A stretch of DNA of 64,000 nucleotides. It comes from Lepidodermella squamata. Lineage: Eukaryota; Animalia; Gastrotricha. Positions 36,080-48,630 of this stretch are shown piece after piece (the first letter of the stretch is position 1; the number at the start of each line of letters is the position of its first letter). The stretch covers positions 558,001 through 622,000 of the forward strand of contig JBLDXI010000021.1 of NCBI GenBank assembly GCA_047495785.1, read 5' to 3'. Below the pieces are notes generated by a model. That model saw only the letters and a program-made list of their open reading frames with translations. It was not told the DNA's origin and made no database searches. A program made the translations under genes and the position numbers.

Positions 36080-37053
36080 TTATCCATGCACCATGCATCG
36101 ATCCTCAAATGCCTCAATTGGTTTCTTTGTTGGAGTTTGCATGTAGCTGCTAATATCCTTCGGCAACTCTTCGACCGTGCAATCTATCTTTTCCGTACCA
36201 TTGAACATCCGAAGCTTGATAAAATTCGTTAAAAGGTTGAAGGTAACAGCAGCAGCTCTCTCTTGACAGGATGAATTCACAGCGTATACCACCTGCGAAT
36301 ATCAGACGCCAAAATCAATATGAGCAAGAAAAATCGTTCAAGATATAATTTACCACATTGATGTAGGCATTTGCTGAGGCACAGTCGAAGATGGAGCAGT
36401 TTCGATGTATCAAATCGTCGACATCCTCCAACTGTTGTCTGTAGTCGCTTAATTCCGCATCATCTATCGCCTTTCTCATACATGGATGATGCTGATTGAA
36501 ATCGTAAGCAGTTTTCTCGTCGCAAATATCCGCAATGCTCTCGTACGCATCTCTGAACTCGAACGCATCCTTCGGGTAAGGAACCTTGGTGCCGGGAGCT
36601 GCTGGAGATTGATTTATCACAAAGTTCAGATCCTCGTCCGTAACGCAGTTCCACCATCGCCGGCCTCCGTTTTTCTCAGTGCAATCTGCGAAAAAACGGC
36701 AATATTTCGCTGATACCAAAAATTATGTTCATCTTACCTAAAACCTTGTTGTATGGCTCGCATATTTTATGCAATTTTTCCAGCCATGCAATTCTGACAG
36801 CATCTGGCCATTTGAAAACTTGGGCGAAGGGCAGGAACTGAGTAGCCAAGCTCTTGAAGCCGATAAAATTTGCATTTTTATACTGCTGCAAACATGCGGG
36901 AGCAAACGGTCCGAGCTGGCAGACTTCAGTTTCAGCCTATTCCGCCTAAATTTAAAATTTGTTTTAAAATGGAAAAATTCGAGCTTTTACCATAATGATC
37001 GATTGCAAAATAAGCTCGGCCGTCAAGAATATTGTGGTTATAAGGCGTATCAT
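36080..37053 (-). CDS. Cys-rich secreted protein, family copy B (no stalk or anchor), 4 exons
   Basis: Same three intron positions as copy A; DCTEKNGGRRWWNC. Stops after KKPIEAFEDRCMVHG, with AATAAA about 70 nt downstream (36004-36009). Confidence 0.75.
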
Positions 37054-38160
37054 CTCGAATATTATAACGTTATCTGTATCTTCAAGGGTGAAATGAGTAT
37101 TTATTTAAAGGGTCGTTTCCTTCGGCTATAGCAACTGCTAATTAACACCTTGTAGAGAATTGGTAGCAATCTGTTAATGACACTGACCCTCGACTCGAAA
37201 TCGCTGCTCGGTCACGAGTTCCGCTGCGTAAAATTACAAGAAAACCGCGCTATTCGCAACGTAATCGCCCTCGTGGTGGTCATCCGCCGCCGTCTGAGTT
37301 GAATTGAAAAACGCAGATGAAAATTCTCATAGATTTATTCTTCATTTTCCGACAATAGAACTCATAATAAATGAAGAAAGAACAAGTAATTATAATAAGA
37401 TTTTTAGACGTATATATCATTATTATAGCCATCGTTATTTTTGTCGAGATAATATAAATTATAAGTCAAGTCCAAATTTCGTAATCGTAATCAAAAGCCA
37501 AAAACTTCCAGTCGTTCTCACTCAATCGTGCCTTTCAGAAATTCAGACGAGTCAAATTTAATGGGGATTTCGTAAATGAAGCAAACAATGGATAGGAACG
37601 ATCAAGTCGTGGTGGCTCCTTACCAGTTTATTTTCAACACTCAAAGGGAAACTGACTACATTGATTTCTGGGGAAAATCAACTAAAAAACAACCGGTTAG
37701 GCCGAAAGGCAGAGACTCTATCGTAAATCAATAAGGAGGCGCGATTTCTATTTACATGACCCAAGACTTTGTTTATTGTTTTGTTATTTCTTAGAAATGA
37801 TTCAAATTCACCATCACTACAACACCACATTTTGTAACTGAATTGAATGCAGCGAAATCACACACATCACATGCACCCATCAATAAATGACTAAAGATCA
37901 CAAGTTATGATATAAAAAATCCTGGTGCAGCTTTTTGGCTTGAAACCATGCGTATTATTTGAGAGGAGAGCGCGAAATATATTGCCACGAGAAAAAAAGA
38001 AAAGATACCAAACGGGTCATCCGAATAAGTAGGGAAAGGGTATAGAATTTGTTCGCAGAAAGAAAAATCACGTTGATTTAATCATCACCTGAACTACGAA
38101 ATAAACACTAATGACTCACAACACGGCCGCGCAATATCTCTCATTACGTTTATTTGATTT

Positions 38161-40128
38161 TCACACATCGGCGCCTGATTCTGTTTCGCCCATATTGTTA
38201 TTACTGCTCGATTGTGTGTGGTGGTGATGGTGGTGGTCGGATGTGGTTTTAATGGGCGCGAGGACTCCCGGCTGGCCGTCGATTTCGAGCGATAATTCCG
38301 CTCTCACCCGCCGGCAGCAGTCAGCCAGAAAATGGGCATAGGGTGTGAAAATTGCGACAGAACGCTCAACTGGGCGGGCAGTTTTCGCAGACTGGTCACT
38401 CGAGGCTGGTTGAACAATGACCGTCACGGTCGCCGCTGCTCCAGACGGAGCAACCGCCACCCGTAAAACGCGGTCCCACGTGAACTCGACACGTTTTCTT
38501 TTCTGGCTTCGAACTTCGGAATTTTCCTCCTCGCTGCTTTCGCTGTAATCACTGCTGTCGTCATTTCCGTTATCGCTATCACCATTTTCGCTCGGCGACG
38601 ACCGAGATGAGGCGTCGATTAAAACCAGGGCCTTTTCTGAAACCTCAACGACCACAGTCGGCGCTCGCCGGCTATCGCAGCCGCACGGGGGGAATCGGAC
38701 GATAACAGCAGGCCGGTGGGGTTCTTCGCCCAACAACTGCGCGACTTCTTCAGCAGGGGATGCCGCTTTCGACCCGGTTTGAAGCGGCGACTGGCCCGGG
38801 GCTACCGCTCGAGCCGAAGACGACCGCATTTTTCGATGAGCCCGACTACTCCGTCTTTGTTGCCGTTGTTTCGCGTTTTCCTTCAACTGAGTCGCAATAA
38901 GAGCCGCAGCAACTTTATCCCGCTTCGCCAGGGCTAACAAAACACGTCGCGTGAAACAGCAACACCGTAGCGCAATGCATGTCTGCAGCGGCAGGGTGTA
39001 GTTGGACGCGTAAACCGCATGGACTGGTTCGTTGGGCTCGAGGCGGCGCGAGAAATACGGCTCAACAAGTTCGTACAAAAAGAAGTGAGTTCGCGCCTCT
39101 TGCGGGTTCGAATGGTCAGGCCCTCCTAGTAGACCGATCTCTAAGGCTAGCCTTGCGTATAGCGACGCAGCTGATTCTGAATGGCGAGCGTTCATTGTTA
39201 CGACAGTCGCGCCGGGTAGTAGGACTTTCAGTTCGAGATCGTCGACAAACGCATCGCTAGATGACGAGTCATTTGAATCAAGAGATCCGGCGCTGGGGCA
39301 AAGAAAGCGCTGCACATAAGACGATTCTGAAACGGCTCTGAAGGAGCAAACGCGTTCGAGATAAACCTCCAGACCACGCCGTCTGCTGTCGAGTTGTTGG
39401 TCTGATAGCGAGAACGGCCACTTTGATGGCAAGGGTGGTAGAATGAGCTCAGGAAATGTTGAGCGCAGCAGGCTGTGTAGGGATGAGAACTCCGAGTAGC
39501 GGCGAGAAACCAGGTGACGGCCAGCCATGAAAACTTTATAGACAACAAATTTTTCCGAGCCAACGTTGACCCTTTGCCAATCTGGAATGGTCAGCGGGAG
39601 AGATCTTCGCTCGCTTAAATCTGGGCTACTGCCTCCACAGCGGTCAGGATCGGGCAAGCTTCGGTGACCAGAGAAAACTGGGCTACCGTTATCCCTAAAA
39701 AAGTTACCGATTAGGATTGCGACTAATTAAGTAGTCGAAAATTCGACTTACGTTGATCCGTTTCCATTTTGGTAACTCGAAGCGGAATTCGTGTAAGCAG
39801 ATGTTTGAGGTGAGACCACAGTTAGAACGAGACAATCGCCACCGGCTCGAATGAGTTCGACAACAGTACGGTGAGTTGCCCCTTCGACATTTTGACCATT
39901 TACTTCCAGAATAAAATCGCCGACTCGTAGACCGGCTTCTGTGGCCGGTCCTTCCTCAAGAACGGCTGAGATGTATTGCATAGGGGCGTATAACTCGCCA
40001 CCTATGCTTTTTAACGTCCCACCTTCCTGAACTTGGCCACGCACATTAAATCCGAATCCAAGGTGGCTCTTCTGAATTCGAACAATACGCGGTCCAGAGG
40101 AAGGCGCACGTTCTTCGATATCATCCAT
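38161..40128 (-). CDS. SNX27: Sorting nexin 27 (PDZ-PX-RA/FERM-like), 2 exons
   Basis: [36 protein letters not shown]; PX SRRYSEF...[23 protein letters not shown]. Intron 39695-39751. Confidence 0.92.
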
Positions 40129-40373
40129 TCTTCAAATTCCTAAAATAATAAGAGCAAAATTAAGAGTCAGTATTTTTAATCAATTTGAGCAACAGAAAAT
40201 AAAGAGAGATAACCGGTTAATTCCGAAACCAAGTGCTTTAATACAACCATAACAATTAGAGAATGAGAGGAATGCGTGATTGTGCCAAAAGCAACGTTAT
40301 GATTACAAATCGTAAAATAAAATAGGCCGATGCAAACATCGCACTTCAAGTGCTGTAAAAATTGAGCGAAGTA

Positions 40374-41489
40374 TTAAAAATAAAGACCGATTGCTGTGAG
40401 CGATATGAGTAATAAATACGCGTTTGGCATCGTTCGCCAAGATTTATCAGAAATATCTAAAAACTCGAGGTGATACTCTTGAAAGAATGATCGACGCTGA
40501 GTACTTTCATCCATCAATTCAGCTGATTCAAGCTCGTTTGAGTCAAAAGAAGGAGGAGGTGGAGGTGGCGGTCTAGTAGTCGGCTTTGTCGTTAAAACGA
40601 CGCGGCGAGTTGCAGGAGGAGCGGGGCGGTTAATGGGAGCAGGAGATCTGGTAGGGGCAACAACAGCCGGTTGCGATCGCCGCGAACATTCTTTCCTATC
40701 TAATGTTTCCGCAGGTTTCTTGACAGGTTTCAACAAATATGGATCCATTTCACGAGGATAGCTGGCCGCATCACAGTAAGTTTTTTCACTCATCATTTGC
40801 AGTCTAATGGAAGACCCCATAAGCTTGAAGGCTGTATCAGCAGCATCAATCCCGCAGTGACTATTTACCCAGTATACAAATATGTTAGTGTACGTGAATG
40901 CTCCGCCACAGCCAAAAGCCATGCAGCCTGTTCTTAGACCTTCGTCAGCTTCTTGAATTTGCTTGCGGAATAAGACAGAATCAGCACTTTGATCATTGAA
41001 TGCAGTGCGCATGCAAGGATGGTACATTTTAAATTCACGTGTTAACTTCGAATCACAAATTTCCGTTAAAGCGTCAAAATTATCCCGCAGCTGACTTGGC
41101 TCACGTGGAAAGTTTGTTTGAGACGATATAGCATCCGCATTTCCGCCAAATTGTTCAAGGAGTTGTTTCATTTGTATATCGTCCATACAATTCCACCAAC
41201 GACGCCCGCCTTGCTTTTGAGTACAATCAGAAACATGGTTGAAAGGAGAGCACAGGGACGTAAGCTGGCTAAACCACTGATCAAGTCGGTCATCAGACCA
41301 ATTTATCATAGCCGACGGAGATTCGACACTCATAGCCATTTGCTTGAATCCTTTCCAGTCAACTTTTGTGTAGGATTGTAGACAGAATAATCCTAACGGT
41401 CCTAAGCTGCAACTAGGATCGGAGCGAACAAAACTGAGAAGCCCCAGCTGAGCCAAAATAAGCGCTGCATTAGAATATCGAGATAACAT
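40374..41489 (-). CDS. Cys-rich surface protein, family copy C, intronless, GPI-like tail
   Basis: MLSRYSNAALILAQLGLL signal peptide, CSLGPLGLFC, DCTQKQGGRRWWNC, Pro-rich stalk, EFLDIS motif and a hydrophobic C-terminus. Confidence 0.8.
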   Translation of the reverse strand: MLSRYSNAALILAQLGLLSFVRSDPSCSLGPLGLFCLQSYTKVDWKGFKQMAMSVESPSAMINWSDDRLDQWFSQLTSLCSPFNHVSDCTQKQGGRRWWNCMDDIQMKQLLEQFGGNADAISSQTNFPREPSQLRDNFDALTEICDSKLTREFKMYHPCMRTAFNDQSADSVLFRKQIQEADEGLRTGCMAFGCGGAFTYTNIFVYWVNSHCGIDAADTAFKLMGSSIRLQMMSEKTYCDAASYPREMDPYLLKPVKKPAETLDRKECSRRSQPAVVAPTRSPAPINRPAPPATRRVVLTTKPTTRPPPPPPPSFDSNELESAELMDESTQRRSFFQEYHLEFLDISDKSWRTMPNAYLLLISLTAIGLYF

Positions 41490-43122
41490 TGGTCTAAACA
41501 TTACAAAAAGGATTACTAAAGTATTGACTGCGAGTAAAGCGCATGAATTCATGCATGAATAATGATAAGTAAGTAGCAAGTATTCGTTCGACTACACTCC
41601 GTGTTTTTCTTCAAGCTTCAAGATGAAAAAGTTTGACGAATGAGGGAAGTCTCGAATGAAAAATTCAAGCCTGGACAACACATCCAAGGCCAAGTGGCAG
41701 CGATATAGCGACATCGGGCATCGGGCACTTTTCATGTAATCGCTACCGGCTACCGGTCGGTCTCCGATCCCAAAAAATTCACGGTCAACTCTGAAAGACG
41801 CTGGACATTCGATGCAGGAGCGATCATTTTAATTAATTAATAAAGGTGAATATCATATTTTGTAACAAAATTCGCACTTATTCGGTTCCAAAGCCATGTG
41901 AAACCACCTTTTATTTTCTGATAATAATTATTTCGAAAAATAGTCGCATGCAAAATGGCGCTAAATTTTCAAAAAATGAAGTTTCCAGTGCGAGCAACGA
42001 GCACTGCGTTGGCTTGCGCTTGACCTGGTGCTTGTTTGACTGACAACCTACTTTTTCAAATAGGCTAACTTGACAGTAAGTTTCAAGGTCAAGGTATGAC
42101 ATTAAGCGATCGAAAAGCTAGTAGGTACAACTTGCTCAGGTTGGGCGCAAAATTTCGATATCCATAAAAAGTTCTCGTAAAATGGAACGCAAGCCCCGGT
42201 TCCATTGTCAACAGAAGGCTGGCTGGATTATGATCGGATTGTAATATTTGATCCCCGCCATTCTAGAATGGTACCTTTACAGTAAGCAGGTCGTCGCTTG
42301 AGCGAATTCGCCATCATGGCAACAAAGCGCGGTCTAAGAAGCATGCCCGCATTTCATTAGCAACATATTTCATTAGACTCGAGGAACACACAGTAGTCTG
42401 TTTAAGAGTGCCAGCAGTGCAGCATTCAACCTCGTCTCAATGAAATGTGGGACAGCATCGTACTGTTCTCCACATTCGACGAAGCCGTTTCCACTTAAGG
42501 CCCGAAGTTGAATACGTTGCGCGAATTACATCCCCGATAGAATTAAGGTTGGATGAAGTTCGACTGAAGTTCGACGACCGTTCACAGACTTTGGTGTCAA
42601 GACGCGTCCACTGATTTGCGCGGTAACGTTTTTCGCAAATTATTCATAATTCACACGGAACATCGCGCCGAACAATACAGTTTCTAGTTTCTGGCCTCAT
42701 TCCCTAATTTTCTTCCTTTATTTTGTTATCATATGCTATCAATTATGCTGTTAAGGTGCGACTGATTACTGCTTACTGCTCACTCCAAAGAGTCGTTTCC
42801 TGCTCACACAATAAGTAGCAATTAATTGAAGTATCCCAAGAATATTGAATACCAATCAGCCAGCCGAAATTCTGGCTAAAATGAGGAGGTCAAGTATGCA
42901 CATTCGTGCCTTGGTATGCATCACTCTAAGCGTGACGTAACGCATCGTGCGAACGTGGTGTGTAGTTGAAAAATATGGTAGATGATAAAAAGCATGCGTC
43001 AAAATTTAACGTTGAAGTTAAACCATCTTCCACTATGCTCGACAATGAATGAATAATATAAATACACCTCCACTAGAAAGCTAAGCAAAGTTTTATTCTA
43101 TTTCATTTTCCTTACGCATAAG

Positions 43123-45123
43123 ATGAAGACTCGAACTGGGGCAGTTGCGACATTATTGGCATTTTGTGTGATAGCAACGAGCAGTGGATTCTCCGGTTTG
43201 GATACCGATGCATATTCTTTACTATTGTTTTATCATCATTAAATCTGGTCAGATGAGGCTGAAAGTATTCGAGTTCGCCGACAAAGTAGCGGAAATGTGC
43301 AGACTTACCAAATGACCGCTACTGAGTGTGGTCAAACCATTGACAGCAGAAACTACAATTTTCAAGTTGGAACACATTACGCTTGGAAAGTCACGACAAG
43401 TTCTCCTTCGCAGGTGACTTTGAAACTCGAAAGACTTAAAAATCCACTTACCTAATGTACAATTTACAGCGGGTAGTTTTGGCCCTTGAATATTACGGCG
43501 ATACATGGATATACAGATCCATGTTACCGGGAGACGGGCCGATCGAAAAAGTTGTTAACAAGGCATCGCCAAACAAACCGACGGGATCACTTCCCCTCAC
43601 CGGGTCATCTTCGCGTACAATGATGCAGTATAACTGCACGAAGCAGATTTTCTCGGTTTTCAGCGGTGGAGACATGAAGAATGACTACATGCAAAATGAA
43701 AAATTGCTCGTTAAGGCATGTGATCGGCAGAGAATCATGCGTAAGTTGATGCGATGCAGTTTTTCAGATATTTATATCTTCGTGTTATAATTTAAGCTGG
43801 CTATTTGGTAATGTCGGCGGGTACCGATAGCTCCCTAATTATCGACTTCGCAATTCTCGCTCAATACGCATCGACGGATGAAATTCCCCGGTTCATCCTA
43901 ACAGCATGGCCTATGGATCCAAAGCCTTCCGAGTAAGACACTGATTAAAAAGCATAGATCCTTATTACTATTACCCCTTAATCAAGTGCCCCAATAACAA
44001 CAACGACAACAACCACTACGACGACAACGACAACCAGACCGTAAGAGCTCTCGTTGTTACTAAGAAATATCTGAAAGATTCATCTTCTCCACTTCATAGA
44101 ACTACCACTACTACAAGAGCAGCAGCTACAACTACCACCAGACCCACAACAACAACAACTGCGAAATTGCCCACCTGTGGAGCTGTCGTTAGTACGCAAG
44201 CTAGCCGCGTGCTGGGCGGCGTTGTGACTTCTGTCAAGCAGTTTCCTTGGCTCGTACAGCTCCGTTATCGTGCCAACGCGCGGGCTGACTTCCAGTATCA
44301 ATGTGCTGGTGCCATTATCCACCAGAATTGGATTCTTACTACGCTTCACTGCTTCCTACCCGGCAAAGGCGCGTTGGGAAATTGGATAGTTGTTGCTGGT
44401 GCTGAAAATTCGAATTCACCAATCGATGGCACAACCGTCATTCAGCAGCGAATTTCCAGCCTGAAATGGAACGATGATATTCTTGGTGATCTCGACGACT
44501 TGAAAAACTATAACCCAATAACGGATGGATCTGACATTGTGTTGGCTAGGCTGGTTCAATCTTTTCCTTCGAGTTTTAGCCCGGTTTGCTTACCGAGAAG
44601 CAACTGGCAGCTCTCGGAGCAATCTAAATGCAAAATTGCGGCCTGGGGAACGACTGGGGAAGATCAAGCTTCAGTTCCTCTAAATGCTGCAGACATTAAC
44701 TTGATTCGATATGCAACTTGTAATTCAAGAGATTACTACAACGGCCGAGTTTTGCCTGATTTTGTAAGCGTTCATCATTCATCGTGAAGCATTCTATTGT
44801 AAACTTCTCTTTTTCAGCTATGTGCTGGGCGTCAGGGCGTTGACTCTTGCAAAGGGGACGGTGGAGCTCCGTTAATCTGCTTGAATTCTCAAAATGTTTA
44901 TGAAGTCGTTGGACTTGCTGCTTGGGGTCGACTACCCTGCGGACGTAAGTCATAAGAAACGAGTTAACATCTAGAATTCTATGGCAATTTTCTTTCATCT
45001 ACAGAGGCTAAGAAACCAGGAGTCTATACTCAAGTAGCTAATTATGTTGATTGGCTACAGCAAAATCTCAACACAGCGTTGAGAGGTGTGGTTAACAATC
45101 CAAGAGGCAATGATTATGGCTAA
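43123..45123 (+). CDS. Secreted divergent-CUB/Thr-rich serine protease homolog (catalytic Ser->Gly)
   Basis: Signal peptide, poly-Thr linker, R-VLGG, TTLHC, SDIVLA, DSCKGDGGAP (Gly at the Ser195 position) and KPGVYT. Multi-exon. Confidence 0.85.
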
Positions 45124-45481
45124 CAGTGGACAACTTATTTCCAGACATCCTATCGTAGGTTGGATACTACTGTAACAAGATTTATTATAATTATAACGGA
45201 AGTGATATTCAGAAATAAAATCGAAGAGAATTCAGAAAGTGCGTAGGGGGATAGATTCTGATTCATAGGGCACCCTGAAGCTGAACACGAGACACGCGGT
45301 CGTGCTACCATTGATAAACATTCGTGACGTGCATACGTGGTTAGGAAGATTCTAAAAAGTTTACTGGAAACAACGAAAGCATAGCTGCCCTGAAGATAGA
45401 ACGCAAGAAATAGCCAGATTATTCGATAACGAAACTTCCACACGAAGCAGCTCCAACTTTAGTAGGCGGCGGTTTCCCACA

Positions 45482-47506
45482 ATGATTATTGAGATTGCAG
45501 TCATACTCTTGACCGCTTTCGATAGTAGCATATCGCAAATTGTCAGCAGCAATTTGGTCGCCGCCCCATGCAGCGCTTCCTTTGTTAATGATCCAACTCA
45601 GATTCGTCCACGGACGACTTACACATGGCTGATAAGACCTTTGAACAACAATCAGGTAACAATGACAACTCTTATTAATATACATCGGTGAATTTCACGT
45701 TATTCGACTACTACTTGCAAGAGAATTTTGGTCGCTCCTGAGTACTATGGAAACTTTTCTGTCAACTCTGTGAAATCTAGTAGGGCGATCAAAGTTTCTG
45801 GATCAAGCCGTGGTTTAAGCGCCTCATTCAGAACAGGTTCTTGCTATACCAGGAATTTTAAGCCAACTGCTGAAAAACCTGTTACTTACAGATGGAACTG
45901 GTCAGATTATATTTGATTGTGCCTCTCAATCTTTCGGAGTCTTTAGTGCCGCAAATATCAACGTTCCAAACTATCGTGTCCCCGGCAAATTACTAGCATA
46001 TGCTTGCGATGGCAATGCCTTGACTGGTACATACTAAAAATTAAGAAAATTATCGAAATATTACTGGTGTGATTAAGCTGGCGGACTGCTGGCGATGACG
46101 CAAGGTTCAGATCAGGCAATCATTGTGGAGTATGTCTTGAAAAATGCGGTCGCCAGCCCAAATCAGATTGCTCGCTTTGGTGTTACTGCTTGGTCTCTTG
46201 ACAATACGCCGATTCCAACGGTATACTTAAAATTTCATTCCGGAGTTGAAAAACTTGGCTCATTTCCAGACAACGACTAGAAGGGCTGCGACAACACAAA
46301 CAACAACGACAACCAGAACAACAACAACGACAAGGCCTTTGAATGTGGCAACACAGGCGCCAAGTTTGAAAAAATCTAGAATTTGGCCTTTGCATCCGAT
46401 TTTTCGTTTCCAAAAGATGATGGATGCATGGAAATTCAGACATCAGCTAGCGGGAGGGGACTATTCCGGAGGCGACAAACAAACGTTTTTAGACAGCGCA
46501 ATTCGCTCAACACGCAAGAGTACCCTTTCATAGTGCAGTTGCGGTACACATCACAGTCCGTACAAGGAGTTTGGCGACCGCGTGGCGGAAGGGACAGGAG
46601 GCAGATTGGACGGCGACCTTTCGGCCGCGATAGAGAACAACTAAGGAGATATGACTATCAATGTACTGGAGTTCTAGTCGATCCTTTCTGGGTAGTCACT
46701 GCCAAGCACTGTGTATTCCCGGGGAAAAAGTATTAAGCATAAACTATCAATTTTCGGCTGTTACTTGCGGTTTTTTATGTGTTGCAGTCGACCTAGCAAC
46801 TGGGTTGTAGTCACGGGGGCGACGTCAACAAATGACAATGCCGATGTGACCAATACTGACGTTGTAAGATTTAAATTGCCGCCTGCCTCCAGGTAAGATA
46901 AATTATTCCATATCTTTGAATGATTCACGTTTACCATATGAAATCTAAGGCGGAGAGATAACAATAACGCAGAGGCCGATATAGTGATGGTTCGCCTGGA
47001 AACGCCTCTAACCGACGTCCCCTACGTATGCTTGCCACCGTCTAACTGGCTGCCAGCTAACGGCAGCGATTGCTCAACTGCGGCATGGGAACAAGGCCTT
47101 AGCGGAAATGACGTGGAATTTGTTTCACGACAGCAGTGTTCGCAACGTGATTGGCTGAGAAATGTTGAAAATGACATGTTCTGCGCTTCTCAACCTCCAA
47201 ATACTTCATGCTTGGTAAAAATTGAATCGCTGTGTAATTTCAACTTTTTCCAATTTTAAACAGGATACAATGGCAGAAGCTATGTTTTGCCCTGCTGACG
47301 ATAAGCTTCGATTGACAGGGATAGCGTCGCGAGCCCAGAGACCATGTGGCCGTGAGTTGAACATATTATCACTTATAATTTTCCTGAAATGAACTTTATC
47401 TGCTGTAGGTCCGAGAAATCCTACCGTTTTCGTCAACATCCCATTTTACAGTTCGTGGATTGACAGCGTAACAAATACTGCAGAAGGCGACCGCGACGAT
47501 GATTAA
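45482..47506 (+). CDS. Secreted serine protease homolog, tandem paralog of 43123-45123, Ser motif lost
   Basis: Shares N-terminal motifs (EYYG, ACD, RF..TAW) and intron positions with the upstream gene. TAKHC and ADIVMV are kept; SCL|DTMAEAMFC replaces GDSGGP. Confidence 0.75.
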
Positions 47507-47940
47507 AAGTCGTCACGAAATGCCACATGAATTTCATACATTATATGCATCATCCGCGCCTTTCAAGTTAACAAGATAATTCACACTATGATTTTGCAAT
47601 ACATTGGACCTTGGATTTACTATTTTTGTTCCTGAAAAATTGAATAAACAATACTTGATAACATGGGCGATTAAATTGCGCACACAGTCATATGCAACAT
47701 AATCAATGTCGAATGCAAAAACGCGCGCTACGCCCTTTATGAATCATGATTCATCTTAAAAAAGAGAAGATGAATCATACGAATTTTCGGCTCACTGTAC
47801 ATAAATTAACTTGGGCTGTATGCGTGAGTAATTTTACGTCGTGCCAATTCCTTTTTTATATTTTGAATCAGCCAGCAAGTGAAATACCTGCTAAAAATAC
47901 AAGTCGATACTACAACAAAGAATTTAGTGGCTCATTTTTA

Positions 47941-48630
47941 ATGGCAACCGATGCGCAGTCAAAGAAACTATTGGATTTAAGGCATTACCTGAATTTGACG
48001 CTTCATGCGGCTAGTTGTCCCGGTGGGGATACCTGCAAGGTACCGTATTGTGGCCGCAGTCGACGAATCCAATACCATATATCTTCATCATCCTGTTCCG
48101 ATGACAACTGCAAAGGTGAGTTACCTAGGGCACTTCGGGTATTTCAATTTTAGATGAACATTGTTTTTGTAGTGAGCGGCTGCCTTCCAACGCGTCAAAT
48201 ACTACAACATTGGTGCCAGTGCCAGAAATCTGACTGTGAGCTGTGCTCGAGTGCCACATCATATCGGGAAAATGCTGAACTCAGAAATCAAATCTGCACC
48301 CCTATGTTGAATTCGCAACGCTGTCCTACAAATGGCAGGAATAATGGGAAAGACAGTGCCATCATGCAAAACGACAGGGGTTGTAAAGCAGTAATCATTG
48401 CTAAGCAGAGTGACGCTTTTGATACGTTTTCTATGCTATTACTTGATGTAAAAGCTGTAATACTAGCCGTATCACTTCTATCGGTATTGGCATTGCTATT
48501 GGTTCTATTGGGATGTTGTTTCTTATGTAACGGGAGCAACTGTCAAGTTCATTTCTTATATATGTGCGCTTTATGTGTGCTTCATAATTACAACGAATGC
48601 GCTCATCGAGTCGTGTCAAAGTTAATCTAA
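47941..48630 (+). CDS. Stand-alone TAZ zinc-finger protein with predicted TM segment, 210 aa, 2 exons
   Basis: Intron 48116-48172 joins LHAASC...CKVPYC...YHISSSSC...CK|VSGC..TRQIL.HWCQC...DCELC, giving three HCCC Zn sites. Hydrophobic AVILAVSLLSVLALLLVLLG at about 48454-48513. Confidence 0.75.

Noticed and set aside
41580-43100. Long ORF-poor spacer checked for tRNA, snRNA or SL RNA
   Set aside because: No recognisable cloverleaf, snRNA 5' sequence or convincing donor-plus-Sm-site arrangement by eye.
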